This document shows positions 1-13,829 of a stretch of 64,000 bases of DNA, piece by piece. The translations under genes were made by a program, and so were the position numbers. Numbering within the stretch: position 1 is the first letter of the stretch; each line of letters starts with the position of its first letter. Source of the stretch: Octopus sinensis (lineage: Eukaryota). The notes beneath the pieces were generated by a model. The model worked only from the letters and a program-made list of their open reading frames with translations, was not told the DNA's origin and searched no databases. The stretch is taken from assembly GCF_006345805.1 (NCBI RefSeq), contig NC_043005.1, positions 67,642,001 to 67,706,000 of the forward strand. Direction: 5' to 3'.

Positions 1-605
1 GTGATTTGTTGTGATGCTCTGATGGTTATTGTATGGAAAGTGTTCTGCGTAGGATGTGTGCAGTGCCTAGTAGTGCAATTTTCTGCATGTTATATGTGTT
101 TGTAAGTCCTGGTGTTTTTGTTATGTATTTGTCTGAATATTTTTTACCATGCCTAATGCACCTACTATGATAGGAATTGTTTCTGTTTTCAGATTCCACA
201 TTCTAGTTACCTCTATTTCCAGGTCTTTGTATTTTGGGAGTTTCTCCATTTCTTTTAGAGACACGTTGTCATATGCCGGTATTGATACATCAATTAGAAA
301 GCATTTTTTTTCTTCATGATCTCTGACAACTATATCTGGTCTGTTGGCCTTAATTTCTCTATCTGTGTGTATCGCATATCCCATAGTATGGTTGCTTTCT
401 CGTTTTCTGTGACCTTTTCTGGTGTGTGCCTATACCATCTTTTTTCTGTTGTTATTCCATAATGTTGGCATAGCTTCCAATGTATGTAGGTTCCAACTCT
501 GTCATGTCTGTGAATATATTCCTTCTTAGCCAGGACTGGGCAGCTAGAGATAATATGATTTATTGTTTCTTGTCCATCTCCACATATTCTACAGTTACTT
601 GTAAT
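1..605 (-). mobile_element. R4/Dong-clade non-LTR retrotransposon, 3' fragment (CCHC knuckle + restriction-like endonuclease), frameshifted
   Basis: Minus strand reads CRICGDGQETINHIISSCPVLAKKEYIHRHDRVGTYIHW, then ANRPDIVVRDHEEKKCFLIDVSIP...KYKDLEIEV...IPIIVGALGMV and GTAHILRRTLS; directly abuts an (AAT)n tract. Confidence 0.9.
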
Positions 606-611
606 ATTTCT

Positions 612-615
612 TTTC

Positions 616-681
<66 letters not shown>

Positions 682-688
682 CATTATA

Positions 689-724
<36 letters not shown>

Positions 725-726
725 GA
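612..726. repeat. (ATT)n microsatellite
   Basis: Direct reading; separates the LINE fragment from the next interspersed repeat. Confidence 0.95.
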
Positions 727-1270
727 GTGAGAGAGCAGTGCATGCCATCAAAGTGACACTGGGGTAAAATATACGAAGCCCAATATACCCATCATGACTA
801 CCCGTCTGATAAGGGTACACCAGGCACATGCATCACAACCATATGTGCGCGACATGGTGATCACATATCAAGATAAACAGCACATGACCTTGCAGGTGGG
901 GCCCAGTTAGAATTTTCTTCAGGTTGAGTAGCCCATCCCGCTCAAAAGGTCCCTGAATAAGAGTTGTTTAAGGATGTTGAAAGAACCACCCATATTTCCA
1001 GAGGTGAATTATTCAAACCCCAAAGAATCCCTCTCAACACATGGCTATGATGCTCCCCCACTACTTCTGCTCATGATCAGAGATGCACATATCGCCAGCC
1101 ACCAAGGGACATGCTCAACTGGTTAAGGTCAAACAACTGACAAGCAAATCTGTGGTATTGAGCAGAATATTTGCTGTAGCCCATCTTTTATACCAATACA
1201 TGATAACACTTCCAATCAGTTAAGATCAGAAGCCATGAGAGCCAATGCCTTGTACTGCATCAGGGCATTA
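723..1270 (-). mobile_element. Non-coding ~540-bp interspersed repeat flanked by (AAT)n, copy 1
   Basis: Reverse complement aligns over ~500 bp with 17505-18010; ends in an AAT tail; no ORF homology seen. Confidence 0.8.
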
Positions 1271-1698
1271 TTAATATTAATTTTTATTATTATTACGAAG
1301 GCAGTGTTCTGGCAGAATCGTTACGACGTTGGACGAAATGCATATCGATATTTCGCCCGTCGCTACTTTCGGAATTCGACTAGACCACTTCCCCAAAAGT
1401 TTCAGGCTTTGTGCGAAATAATAGAAAAGAATATTTCTTATAGTTCTTTCTGTTTCGAGGTCGGCTCCCATTGATGTCAATTATTGCCTATTATCCTTCG
1501 AGGTCATTACACTTAATAAGTAGGAACCATGTATTGATGGTCAGTGTGACAAACCTCTCCTCCTGCAGAAACTGTTGGTCCTGTATCTAAATTAGGATCC
1601 ACTATTATTGTGGTGATGAACTGAGGAATATGCAGAGTATAGTATCAAATACTTTATAGAATTTGGTTTCATCATTCTATATTTTGAATTTTAAATCA

Positions 1699-1758
1699 GT
1701 GGTGGTGGTGGTGGTGGTGGTGGTGGTGTTGGTAGTAGTAGTAGTAGTAGTAGTAGTA

Positions 1759-1790
<32 letters not shown>

Positions 1791-1952
1791 TAGTAGTAGT
1801 AGTAAAGAAAGAAAAGAAAAACAAAGGAAGAAACGAAAATGAAAGGAAGAAACGAAAAAGAAAGAAATAAATAAATAAAGAAAGAAAGAAAGAAAGAAAG
1901 AAAGAAGAAGAAGAAGAAGAAGAAGAAGAAGAAGAAGAAGAAGAAGAAGAAG
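1699..1952. repeat. Compound microsatellite (GGT)n-(AGT)n ... (AAAG)n-(AAG)n
   Basis: Direct reading. Confidence 0.95.
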
Positions 1953-2548
1953 AATTTATTTTTATTTCGGCACAGTGCCCGCAGTTTTGTTTTTGACGGG
2001 GAGATTGATAAGCCGATAGCATTGATGGCAACACTTGGCTGGGTACTTTATTTTATCGTCTCCGGAAGGATGAAAGGCAAAGTTGGTCTTGACGGGATTG
2101 ATGGTTTTAGTATATTTACAGTCGCAATTTTATTATACTGAAAAAGAAATTAGAATATATAAAATGTTTCTTTGTGAAAGCCAAAATGCGACTTTATTGG
2201 TTATTTAATCGACAGAACATTATAACAGAAAAGTGATTTTGTATATGACGTATCTGGTGATTGTCTGCATATATGAGTGTATGTGTCCATCTGAATGAAT
2301 GTACGTATGTTGTATCGAGAAAAATAAGATTGATATACGCAGAATGATACATAAATCGATCGACTGTTGGGTAGGTATGTAGACAGGTAGATAGACTGAA
2401 CAAGTGATATAGTCTGAGAGAAGGTGGTGGCAATCGGTTAGATATTTATTCTATTACTCTGATACAAACGTTGCTAGTACTGTCTGAAAGAAAATTACAT
2501 TAATAGTAACCAGGGTGTGACAAGAATTTCTATAGCATCCGAGTGTGA

Positions 2549-2623
2549 AAGAAATTGAAGGATGTGAGCGTAGACGTGTTTAAGCATACATACGTATATA
2601 CAATCATATATATAAACAAACAC

Positions 2624-2709
<86 letters not shown>

Positions 2710-3132
2710 GTCCGTACGTACATACATACATACATTCGTGTAATATGAGAAATAATGAAATATTGATAAATTTTGAGATGTTTGGAGGAAATGCAAAATA
2801 TATGGATACTTAATGTAAATATATTTAGGAAAAATAGAATTTATGTAATGTGCTTCGTAATGAACAAGTGGAAGTGTAAGAAGAAAAACAAACACATTTG
2901 AAGAACATGTTCACTAAGACAAAGGAAGCGCATTAAAAGTAGGGAAAGGTGAGCAGAAAAATAGAGGATAAAACAAAACGAAGATACGCGTGACAGTCTG
3001 GTATAGAGTGGATATAAGTAGACATTTGTGTTTATGTATACCTGTTCACTTTCCGTCAGCCGTACTTGTCCTTTCTCTTTCTGTCTCCCTCTATGTAAGA
3101 AGCCATGCTTGTGCTCTGATATATATATATAA

Positions 3133-3191
<59 letters not shown>

Positions 3192-3263
3192 AAATAGAAG
3201 GATGTGAGCATAGACGTGTTTAAGTATACATACGTATGTACAATCATACATATAAACAAACAC

Positions 3264-3316
<53 letters not shown>

Positions 3317-3358
3317 CGTACGTACATACATACATACATACATTCGTGTAATATGAGA
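2549..3358. repeat. Local direct duplication of a ~170-200 bp (GATA)n-containing unit (2549-2750 and 3189-3358)
   Basis: Both units read aagaaat(t/a)gaaggatgtgagc(g/a)tagacgtgtttaag...cacagatagata...catacattcgtgtaatatgaga. Confidence 0.9.
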
Positions 3359-3415
3359 TATATATATATATAGAGAGAGAGAAGAAATATATATATATAT
3401 AGAAGAAATAGAAGG

Positions 3416-3472
<57 letters not shown>

Positions 3473-3473
3473 T

Positions 3474-3676
3474 CTTTTATTTGTTTCAGTCATTTGACTG
3501 AGGCCAAGCTGGAGCACCGCCTTTTAGTCTAGCAAACAGCATTCAGGACTTATTCTTTGTAAGCCTAGTACTTATTTTATCGGTCTGTTTTGCTAATTCA
3601 CGGGGACGTAAACACACCAGCATCTGTTGTCAAGTGATGCTGATGAGACAGACACAGATACACAAACATATACATA

Positions 3677-3721
<45 letters not shown>

Positions 3722-4705
3722 TAATAAATAAAATATATGCATACATACATACATATATGTACGTACCTACATCTACATGTATATATACATGCATATATAG
3801 ATATATATACGTGAGTACAGGACACCACAAATAGACATAGAACTCAACGAGAAACGAAAACGGAAAAACAAGCATGGAACAAACCATTTTTTTACAACAG
3901 AAAAACAGAGTACAAGACGACCTTCTTTCCCTTTCTGTCTCTCTCTCTCTCTCTCTCTCTCACTCCTTCTCATCTCTCTCTCAGCCGCTTGTCTTCCTCT
4001 ATCTCTCTCTCTCTCTCTCTCACTCCTCCTCATCTTTCTCACTGCCAGTCAACTACTTCCTTTTTACATGCGGCCTCCAAACTGTAAACACACTTTTTTT
4101 TCCCTTGCGCTCGCCAGAATCTTCTCCGTCTAAGCCAGAAAAAGGCCTTTTTCGTTTGTTTTCTTGTTTATTTTTTATTTCTCGTATTGTATTTTTTGTA
4201 CATGTATTTTTATCTTGTATTTTATTTTGTATTTTTATTTGTATCGTTTTTACGTCCTGCTTGTCTTACATTTTTTTTCTTTCTTTCTTTGTTTTTACCC
4301 CTCTGCGAAATAATTTTATTTAATTCTCTCGCAGGAAGGGCTAGTTTGACGAGTCGTGTTCTGTCCTATCTTCGAAACACGTTAAAGTTGAACTAGGGAC
4401 AGCTGATGAAGGGGATTTTTCCTTATGTAGTTTGTCTTGTACTCTGTTTTTTTGTTGTAAAAAATGGTTTGTTCCATGCTTGTTTTTCCGTTTTCGTTTC
4501 TCGTTGAGTTCTACGTCTATTTGTGGTGTCCTGTACTCAAGTATATATATTTATATATGCATGTATATATACATGTAGATGTAGGTACGTACATATATGT
4601 ATGTATGCATATATTTTATTTATTACACTATTGTATGACTGAGCGCCCTCGCGTCGATTCGATTCGATTCGTTCGTTTCGTTCCGTTCTTCTTCTCCAAG
4701 TACTG

Positions 4706-4770
<65 letters not shown>

Positions 4771-4920
4771 AAACGACGGGCTTCTTTCAGTTTCCGTCTA
4801 CCAAATCCACTCACAAGGCTTTGGTCGGCCCGGGGCTATAGTGGAAGACACTTGCCCAAGGTCCCACGCAGTGGGACTGAAACCGAAACGATGTCGTTGG
4901 TAAGCAAGCTACTTACCATA
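3474..4920 (-). mobile_element. SINE family B, split by a ~1-kb insertion in its internal (TA)n (3' half 3474-3660, 5' half 4771-4920)
   Basis: Halves match the contiguous copies at 41104-41538 and 43483-43890 in the same order and orientation. Confidence 0.8.
3716..4707. mobile_element. Insertion with ~200-bp inverted arms (3716-3918 / 4434-4631), possibly Penelope-like terminal sequence
   Basis: Arms are reverse complements with few differences; GAAAC and CTGATGAAG motifs at 4374-4410; bounded by (TA)n on both sides. Family assignment is inference. Confidence 0.6.
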
Positions 4921-4957
4921 CAGACAGACAGACAGACAGATAGACAGACAGACAGAC

Positions 4958-5037
<80 letters not shown>

Positions 5038-5266
5038 TGATATGTATGTGTACATGTAAATATCTATATGTTTATGTAATTATACGTTTATATATGAATG
5101 TATTTATACTGTCGGAAAACGAGTACTCGATAACTTGGTAGAAATTTATTTGAGTCGAATATTGTGTGCACCTACAAGTAAAACTAAGAGTAGTAAGAGA
5201 CTTGACTAAAATTTTTAAAAATCATATTGTGCGTGCGTGCGTGCGTCGTGTGTGTATGTGTGTGTG

Positions 5267-5325
<59 letters not shown>

Positions 5326-5614
5326 TGTGTGTGTAAAAATATACACAGGGTCGACTTTGCACCATTCCTGACCAGCGGGAAAATCAGTGCAGTGGTTCAA
5401 TCGTATTTATTTACTGATACATAGATTAGAATTGTTACTTTAGAACCATGGGGACCGCGGGCAGCTACCCAATGGGCCCATACCCTAAGATGGCACTCTT
5501 TATAAACGCACACACAACCGAGATACACACTTACGTATATACATTTACACCACACTCACACACACAATATTTATTTTGGTCAAGTCTCTTGCTTTTCTGA
5601 GTTACATATATATG

Positions 5615-6480
5615 CAGGGTGCGATGTGTAAATTGCTGCTATTTTATATTTTAAATTTTGCGCTTGCGCCTTGTTTGTTTTTGATTTTGTCGACTACACA
5701 GTAAAGTAGGGTCAGTTGGGCACCTTCAGAGAGAAAAACATCACCATGACGCAATTCACTCTGCCAGAAATTTGGAAACGACATGCTGTACTGCTTAGGA
5801 TTCGCACCGTAGCTCCAATACAAACATTTCACGGGATGTGGGTGTTAATCTGAGGACTGTGCAATCTGATGACATGTACCGAGAGTGATAAAAATCAAAC
5901 ATTCAATCAATGTCATGGTCATTGAAGTGATCACAAGTGATGGTGATGTTATTGCCTCCACTCATCTTCCACGGCCTCAGACTTAACACGGAGACCTACA
6001 TCAAGTACCTGCAGGAGGTAGTGCTACTCTGGGTCAAGAAGTTGGCTGCTGGAAGACGCTATGTTTGGCAACATAACTCTGCTCCATGCCACATAAGCAG
6101 GAGAACCCAATCATGGTTGTCAGACAATTTCTGCTACCGGGTCACCCCTAACATCTGGCCACCTAACTCCCTAGACTGCAAACCCCTTGATTATTACGTA
6201 TGGGGTGCAGTTGAGAGAGAAGCCGACAAAACTCGTAACACCAAAGGATTATGGCAACATTCACCAACTTAAACAAAGAGACCGTCCAGAAGAGTTGCAG
6301 AGATTCTGAAATAGTGTGGAGGTCGTGATTGAAGCCAATGGCGAATCTATTGAATAAATTTACTCGTTAGTTTTTCAAGATATTTTTATATAACCTTGGT
6401 AAATATATTTGTTAAAATGAGATGTCAGTGTTATTTTCATTTCTGCGTAATTTAGACGACAGTTTATTCATCGAACGCTG
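5615..6480 (+). mobile_element. Internally deleted maT-type (DD37D) IS630-Tc1-mariner transposon
   Basis: ORF 5937-6272 WQHNSAPCH...WPPNSLDCKPLDYYVWGAVERE has 37 residues between the second-D position (here N) and the D of PLDY; degenerate TIRs cagggtgcgatg (5615) / catcgaacgctg (6469-6480). Confidence 0.85.
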
Positions 6481-6511
6481 TGTGTGTATATACATATATA
6501 TATATATATAT

Positions 6512-6604
<93 letters not shown>

Positions 6605-6614
6605 CAGACGCCAC

Positions 6615-6775
6615 CCCCTCCCCACCGTAACTTAGCAGTTCGGCAAAAGAGACCGATAGAATAAGTTCTAGGCTTACAAAGAATAAGTCCTGCGGTCGAT
6701 TTGCTCGACTAAAAAAGGCAGTGCTCCAGCATGGCCACAGTCAAATGACTGAAACAAGTAAAAGTGTAAAAGAGA
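6615..6775 (+). mobile_element. SINE family B, 3' half
   Basis: cgtaacttagcagttcggcaaaagagaccgatagaataag...ccagcatggccacagtcaaatgactgaaacaagtaaaag. Confidence 0.85.
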
Positions 6776-7395
6776 TACATACATAAGCATCTACGCACGC
6801 ACATACATACATACATACATACATACATACATACATACATACATACATACATACATACATACATACATACATACGGGTGTGTGTGTTATCACTTATGGAC
6901 TTACTATATTTAAAAACTCACATATATTAACAGCAGGCTAAAGTCGTCCAACAGCGGCGGTGATATTGCTAAGCGTACATTGCTTGCCTTAGATTTTATC
7001 AGTAACACGTATTCGCTGGCAACCACAGGGTGAAACAAAATCCTTCACCACTCATATAGGTGGGAAGACTTTTGTAAATTGCATTTTCGAAATCTGAATG
7101 TGCACCATTGAATAGTGAGCGGGTGTAGTGCCGTCCAGTCCCTTAGCAATGAACATCTACAAGCTACTGACAAAGCTCAAAGAGGCAAAAATGCACATCT
7201 TTTACTGTCACGGCCTCAACTAGAGGATTTTAGTTTGCTGTTTTTAAAAAGCAGTAAATCTATAAGAGATATCTCTGGGCGATAACCTGAATTAATGTAC
7301 CATTTGTGATTTAGTGTTGTCTTTGCATTAAGTATGATACACAGATGGCTTTTTATAATATAACACTGCGTATGATGCACATACTGGATATGTAT

Positions 7396-7643
<248 letters not shown>

Positions 7644-8027
7644 TGTATATGTATATACCATCAAGGGAGCTTATCAATCTATCAAGTACTGATAAAAGAC
7701 TTAGAACAAATACCGAAAGTTCTATAAATCTTTACTTTAATTGCCCTTTAGGGAAATTTATCATTTAGATCATTTTCCATCCTTTCTTTTAATTTTTGCT
7801 TGAGTGTGTATATGCATGTGGTGTGACTGTGTGTGTGTGTGTGTGTGTGTTGTGTGTGTGTGTGTGCGTGTGTGTGTGTGTGTGTGTGTAATTGTGTGTG
7901 CGTGCGTGCTTTTGAGTTTAAGAGTGCGATAGTGTGTCATTTATGTATCAGATCATATGTGAGTTAATGTATTTTATTTTTAGCGAAACTGTAAAGTTTA
8001 TCAATAATCAGAAAGACTATTCAACTT

Positions 8028-8060
<33 letters not shown>

Positions 8061-8185
8061 TGTGTGTGTGTGTGTGTGTATACATACACACACATATATT
8101 TCTGTCTATACATGTGTGTGTATGAACGCGCCCGTTTACATATATATATATATACGTATAAATGTATATATAACGTACACCCCCC

Positions 8186-8224
<39 letters not shown>

Positions 8225-10274
8225 TATATATGATTAACCATAATCATGATAAGGCTGGATATAAATACTGTTCGCCTGAATTATTTTCCTTTCACATTAT
8301 GGTTGATAATCATGATATAGTGAATTGCTCATCTACTGAAACTAAAAATACATATTTTTCTGTATGCTTATCATTTGAAAATTATAAACCATTACAGTGC
8401 ATGCATGACAGCACATTTTTGTTATAACACAATTATGGTAAACGCTTATAATGTGAGAGCAAAATAACGAGCAAGATATATGCGACCTATAAAGTATGCA
8501 ACGTTCACTATAAGCCATATGGTATATCATACACGAATTGTCAAATGGGTAAGAATAGCGTGGCAATTATCCGAAATGTTACATATATCTACACTCATTA
8601 TATTTATGTCTCTATTTGCCAAAGTACAACACATCCATTTTCAGGCAAATATTAGCATGATCTATATATATCAATAGTTATCCCTTCTTTTCCTTTCTTC
8701 TTCTTCTTTTTTTTTTTTTTTATAGGAACGATCGTAAGTACCGAAATACATTGCAATACTCCACACGCAAAACTAATATATATAGAATAAGATGGATAGC
8801 CATTCGGAAAACATATCACTTTTCTTACAGGATCATAGCAACTAGAAACAGTATGAAAATTTAAAACCAGCATATCTTATTTATTATTTGCTTGCACATC
8901 GGCGTATTTCTAAAACACGGAATTTATCAACATTTAATAAGATATATTTTTGTGTTATTGTTTCAGCTACATGTGACTGCGCTTTAGAAAAAGCAGAATG
9001 AAACATGATAACATTGATAGATATAGAGAAAAGAAGGATAGCACGAAAGGAAATCATTGAGAAAGAATCTAAATCACAAGCTTAGAGAATCTTCAGGAGA
9101 GTTACATACTAGGTGATATCACAATGTTTCCAGAGTACAGATGATGAGCAACGGGGATGTTTGTGTAGCTGATTATCGTTCGTACACAGCTTCCTAAACC
9201 ACCCTAAGGATAGGTTTCATGCAAACTTAATCGTGAACAATTGCTTCGTGCGATTTCGTGGTGTTGTTTTAGAACATCTCTGCAAATTTTACAAAGGCTG
9301 ACAAATTTGAGCAATGTAACTGACTTAGATAATTGAGATGATAGCATGAACGAACCTATTTTAGAGCGACTCTGTATGATGGATACTGTCTTGTAGCTGG
9401 CTTCAGCAGGCTGGCATCAGCCGTGTATGCATCTTCGTTGAACAATAAATCGCTGAAGGTGCAACCGGAAATATGCTAACACATCATAGATATACAGGAA
9501 CATTCAAATAAAATGTGGTTGTATTCATACAAATTAAGCGGCCATTTAGAGTAGCAGATAATTTGCAAGCCAAGTTTGTGGCACAATTACTGTCGTAAGT
9601 TCATATCAATTAACTAATATTTTATTCAAAGCAGATAAGTGAAGCGCCAAACAAGATTTTTTTAACGGGTATTGATTCACTCACCTACTCTCTATCACTA
9701 CAAAACTTAATCGTGTTAAAAGAAACATTTAACAAATTAATTTATTTGTAACCATTTCCTTTCAATGATATGCTTGAATGTCATGCAAGTTACATGTATG
9801 ATTTTCTGCATAATTATTACATCAAATTTAAATTTCCATTTCTTTTATTAAATCACTAAATGTGTTGAAAAGGCATGAGCTTCACTTATTCGCCTCCCAT
9901 TAATAAATGTACTGAAATTTCTCGGTTTAAGAAACGAGACATTCAGCTAAAAATTTTTCTATGATTATTTTTTTTAGGTTCCGATTTCTTTGCATGCCTT
10001 AATGGTTTTTCATTTACATTCCTGGTGCTAAGCAACTGAATTTCCAGTTCATTGATATTTGTTTAATACTTTTACTCCTCTTCCCAATCTTTACCACTTT
10101 TATTTGTCTCTATAATTTTTCTACGCTTTATTTGTCTTTCTCTATATTTTTTCTCGCCTTCCCTATATTCCGATTTTTTTTTCTGGTTTCCTTAGTATTT
10201 TTATTTGTTTTTTTTTCCAATATTCCTATTCTTCCTTTTACACATTTATTTTATTTTATTTTTATCTGTCTCTT

Positions 10275-10392
10275 TCTTCTTTTTCTTCTTCTTCTTCTTC
10301 TTCTTTTTCTTCTTCTTCTTCTTCTTCTTTTTCTTCTTCTTCTTCTTCTTCTTTTTCTTCTTCTTCTTCTTATTATTATTATATTATTATTA

Positions 10393-10432
<40 letters not shown>

Positions 10433-10533
10433 TACTACTACTACTATTATTATTATTATTGTTGTTGTTATTGTTATTATTATTATTATCTTTATTATTA
10501 TTATTATTATTATTTTTGTTGTTGTTGTTGTTA

Positions 10534-10570
<37 letters not shown>

Positions 10571-10600
10571 CATTATTATTATCCTTTTCTTCTACTTCTT
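10275..10600. repeat. Compound trinucleotide array (TTC)n-(TTA)n-(CTA)n-(TTG)n-(TTA)n
   Basis: Direct reading. Confidence 0.95.
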
Positions 10601-11771
10601 CTTCTCCATAATTTTTTCCAACATTTCACACTTTTTCAGTCTCTTTTCATTGATTCTTAATATTCTATTATCTTCTGATCTTCTTCAGTTTTCTAGATGA
10701 GTCTTATTTTTTTTCTATTCTATTTCTTCCATTTTCACTTCTTCTCCATTTTTTTTTTCATTTCAGCAACTTATGCTTGTCCCTCAACTTTGTCCCCGCT
10801 CCATCTTCTTCCCCTTCACAGCTTCCTCCTTCCTCAATTTTTCATGAATCATCTTACTCATTTTTCTTCGTTGAGTTTTTGTCTCCTGTTTGTTCTACTT
10901 TTCATTGTTCTCGTTTTCCTCTTTAATATTTCAGTCGTTCTCTGTCTCTTCCCCATTAACTACAATACGTTATTCCTCTCATCCTTGTTCCATCCACCAG
11001 TTCACATTCACACCTCTAGTTTTTTTTCTAAATCCGCTTTTCTTACACATCTCAAGTTTTCTACACATTTTCTTCGCCCACTAATTCTTTAATCTTTCAC
11101 TTCATCCTTAGCCTCTTATTTTTTGTTCGTTTCTTGTTCAATTTCATTTACTTCGATTTTGTTCGCTTTTTTCGCTTCAGTTTTTCATCTTTCTTCTTCG
11201 TTCCACTTTCTGCTCATCTCTAGCATCTTCCCTTTTTTGTCCTTTTAACTGTTATTCAAGCATCGTTGAATTTCAGAAATACTACTCAAATCGAGCAAAT
11301 GCTATAAATTTTTAGTTTTGTTCCAAGCCCTGGTGTTGTCATTTCAGATCTTGCTAAAGATAATTTTGTCTTTCAGCGATATCGGATACAATTTACTAAC
11401 TCTTAACGATAATTTACTCATGTTAATTCAATTGGCCATATTCTTATAAACACATCCAGCCTAAATGTGGCCGCTCGACCAGCAAGAAATAGCAACCAAA
11501 TCCCCTTCAATTCAAACCCTATTGTTACATAAAAACACTGAATTTTAAATCCTAGATGCACTATGTTATTATAAAAGACATGATGGCCACAACTAAGATG
11601 CAAATGATTCTAAATCTATTTAAACTGGATGGATATGAATTTTTTTTTTTTACACAGTAACACATTTTCACTGGGTTACTATGTCAAAAAAGGGGTCTTT
11701 CTCAGCTTTTTTTTTTTCCTCCTCTTCCTACTCCTCCTCACTCTTCTCACTCCTTTATGTATTTTCTTTAT

Positions 11772-12031
11772 TCTTTTCTTTTATTTGTTTCAGTCATTTG
11801 ACTGCGGCCATGCTGGAGCACCACCTTTTGTCGAGCAAATCGACCCAAGAACTTATTCTTTGTAAGCCTAGTACTTATTCTATCGATCTCTCTTGCCGAA
11901 CCGCTAAGTGATGGGGACGTAAACACACCAGCATCGGTTGTCAAGCGATGTTGGGGGGACTAATACAGACGCACAAACATACACACACGCACGCACACAC
12001 ACACACACACATATATAAATGTGTGTGTATG

Positions 12032-12070
<39 letters not shown>

Positions 12071-12160
12071 GACAGACTTCTTTCAGTTTCCATCTACCAA
12101 ATCCACTCAAGGCTTTGGTCGGCCCGAGGCTATAGTAGAAGACACTTGCCCAAGATTCCA
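11772..12160 (-). mobile_element. SINE family B, 5'-truncated, with internal (CA)/(TA) microsatellite
   Basis: Both halves match the family B copies at 41104-41538 and 43483-43890. Confidence 0.85.
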
Positions 12161-12304
12161 CGTATATTCATTTCTCCTCCATCTTTTTGGTTTTATGTTT
12201 TCTTTGTTCGCTGCTTTCTTATGCCTGCAATGCTTTATCGCATTCTGTCATTATTTGACTCATACATCAATTTATTTCTTCTCCTTCCTCATCATCTTCT
12301 ATAT

Positions 12305-12525
12305 TAGCGAGCTAGTACAATCGATAGCTCGAGGGAGAAAATACTTAGCGGCATTTCGTACGTCTGTACATTCTGAGTTCAAATGCCGGCGTGGTTGACT
12401 TTGTTTTTCATCCTTTCGAGATCGATAAAGTATGTACCAGCTGAACACTGGAATCCATGTAATCAACTTAGCCCCTCTCCCGAAACCGCTTAGCTTACAC
12501 CAAAATTCGAAACCCTTATGATAAT
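12305..12525 (+). mobile_element. SINE family A, diverged
   Basis: Head gcgagctagtacaatcgatagc, B-box-like gagttcaaatgcc, tail caaaattcgaaacc. Confidence 0.7.
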
Positions 12526-13829
12526 TATTATTGGTTTTAGTATTAACATTATTATTGATTTGACTCAGGTTCGTTCTTGATAGAATTTTTGAGGGTAGTG
12601 CCTTACTATCTGTATCCACAAAGTTTCACTAGGCTTTCAAGTGCTTAAAACTCTCCTTATAATCTTTCCTGTCCCTAAGAGGCAAACATTTTGTAGAAGC
12701 TCTACATGACATTCTATCCCAGTCTCCGTCAACCATTTGTCTATCCTTGCTCACAGTTTCCACTGCAACAAATATTAAAGTCACAACCTCCTTTACAGTT
12801 TTCATACTACAAATATTTGCATTCTTAAATTTTGAGGGATTGTATTAATATAGTTGTTCTTGTCACTGCTGCTGCTGCTGTTGTTGTTGTTGTGGTAATG
12901 AAAGTAAATAGAAATCTATGCCAGACCTATGCTTTAAAATAACTTTTAACCAGAGGGATTTTTTCATATTGTTTATGGATCCACCTAATTACACAGATAG
13001 AAGAAATGTTTGTTTTGAGACATTGTAAATTTTTTTCATACTTTGACAAATATTCACTTGCAGTGCATACTCGCCTTGCAAGGTAGCTACTTCAACAATA
13101 GCAGGAAAAGTTATCCGTCAAGCGGAGGTAGCAGTAATATCAATTCCGTTAAAAAGAAACACATCTAAATAAAACTGATTTTAAAATCCTATGAGAAAAA
13201 AAAAACTATAGACAGCTCCAAGCTTAAACGCTTATAATTATAAAGTGGGAAAGAGAGAAAAGAATAATTTTGAAAACATTAATTTGAAAAGATAAAAAAC
13301 ATTAAGAACAGCAGCAAAAATACAAACAACATCATTCTATATTTTGCAAACGTTCAACGTTAAGAAGGCTGCTCTTCTTCAGGGTGTATGTAGAGACATA
13401 TTTTTTTCTTTATGAAGCTAAAACTAAATACTATGAACAGTGTATTTCAAGATCACCTTGGTGGTATATATACTAGATTCTTCCTGATGGTTTAACTAGA
13501 GTTGTTTACGCAAAGTACCTCACCTGATCACTTCCAGTGCTGAAAACCAGCCATATCTGATAATAGTTTGGAGAATTCTTCACCCTAATAGATAACGAAT
13601 TTAGATAATGAAGCCAACTCAACCATGGTATTGACAAAGCCGCATAACAGGGAACTGAGGAACTACCAAAGGTAATGGAGTATAATTATTTCGAGCGTAG
13701 CGCCGCGTAATGCATCTCGATTGTTACCGCTTAAAGATCATAACAAACGAATTTAATTGAGATTGCTCAAGGAAAAGAAGAGCTATTGTACGTGTGTCAC
13801 AAAGGCCTGTGTCTACTTGTTCATCAAAT

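Noticed and set aside
9450-9480. CTGAAGG...GGAAATATG hammerhead-like motif
   Set aside because: Core mismatch and no credible stems
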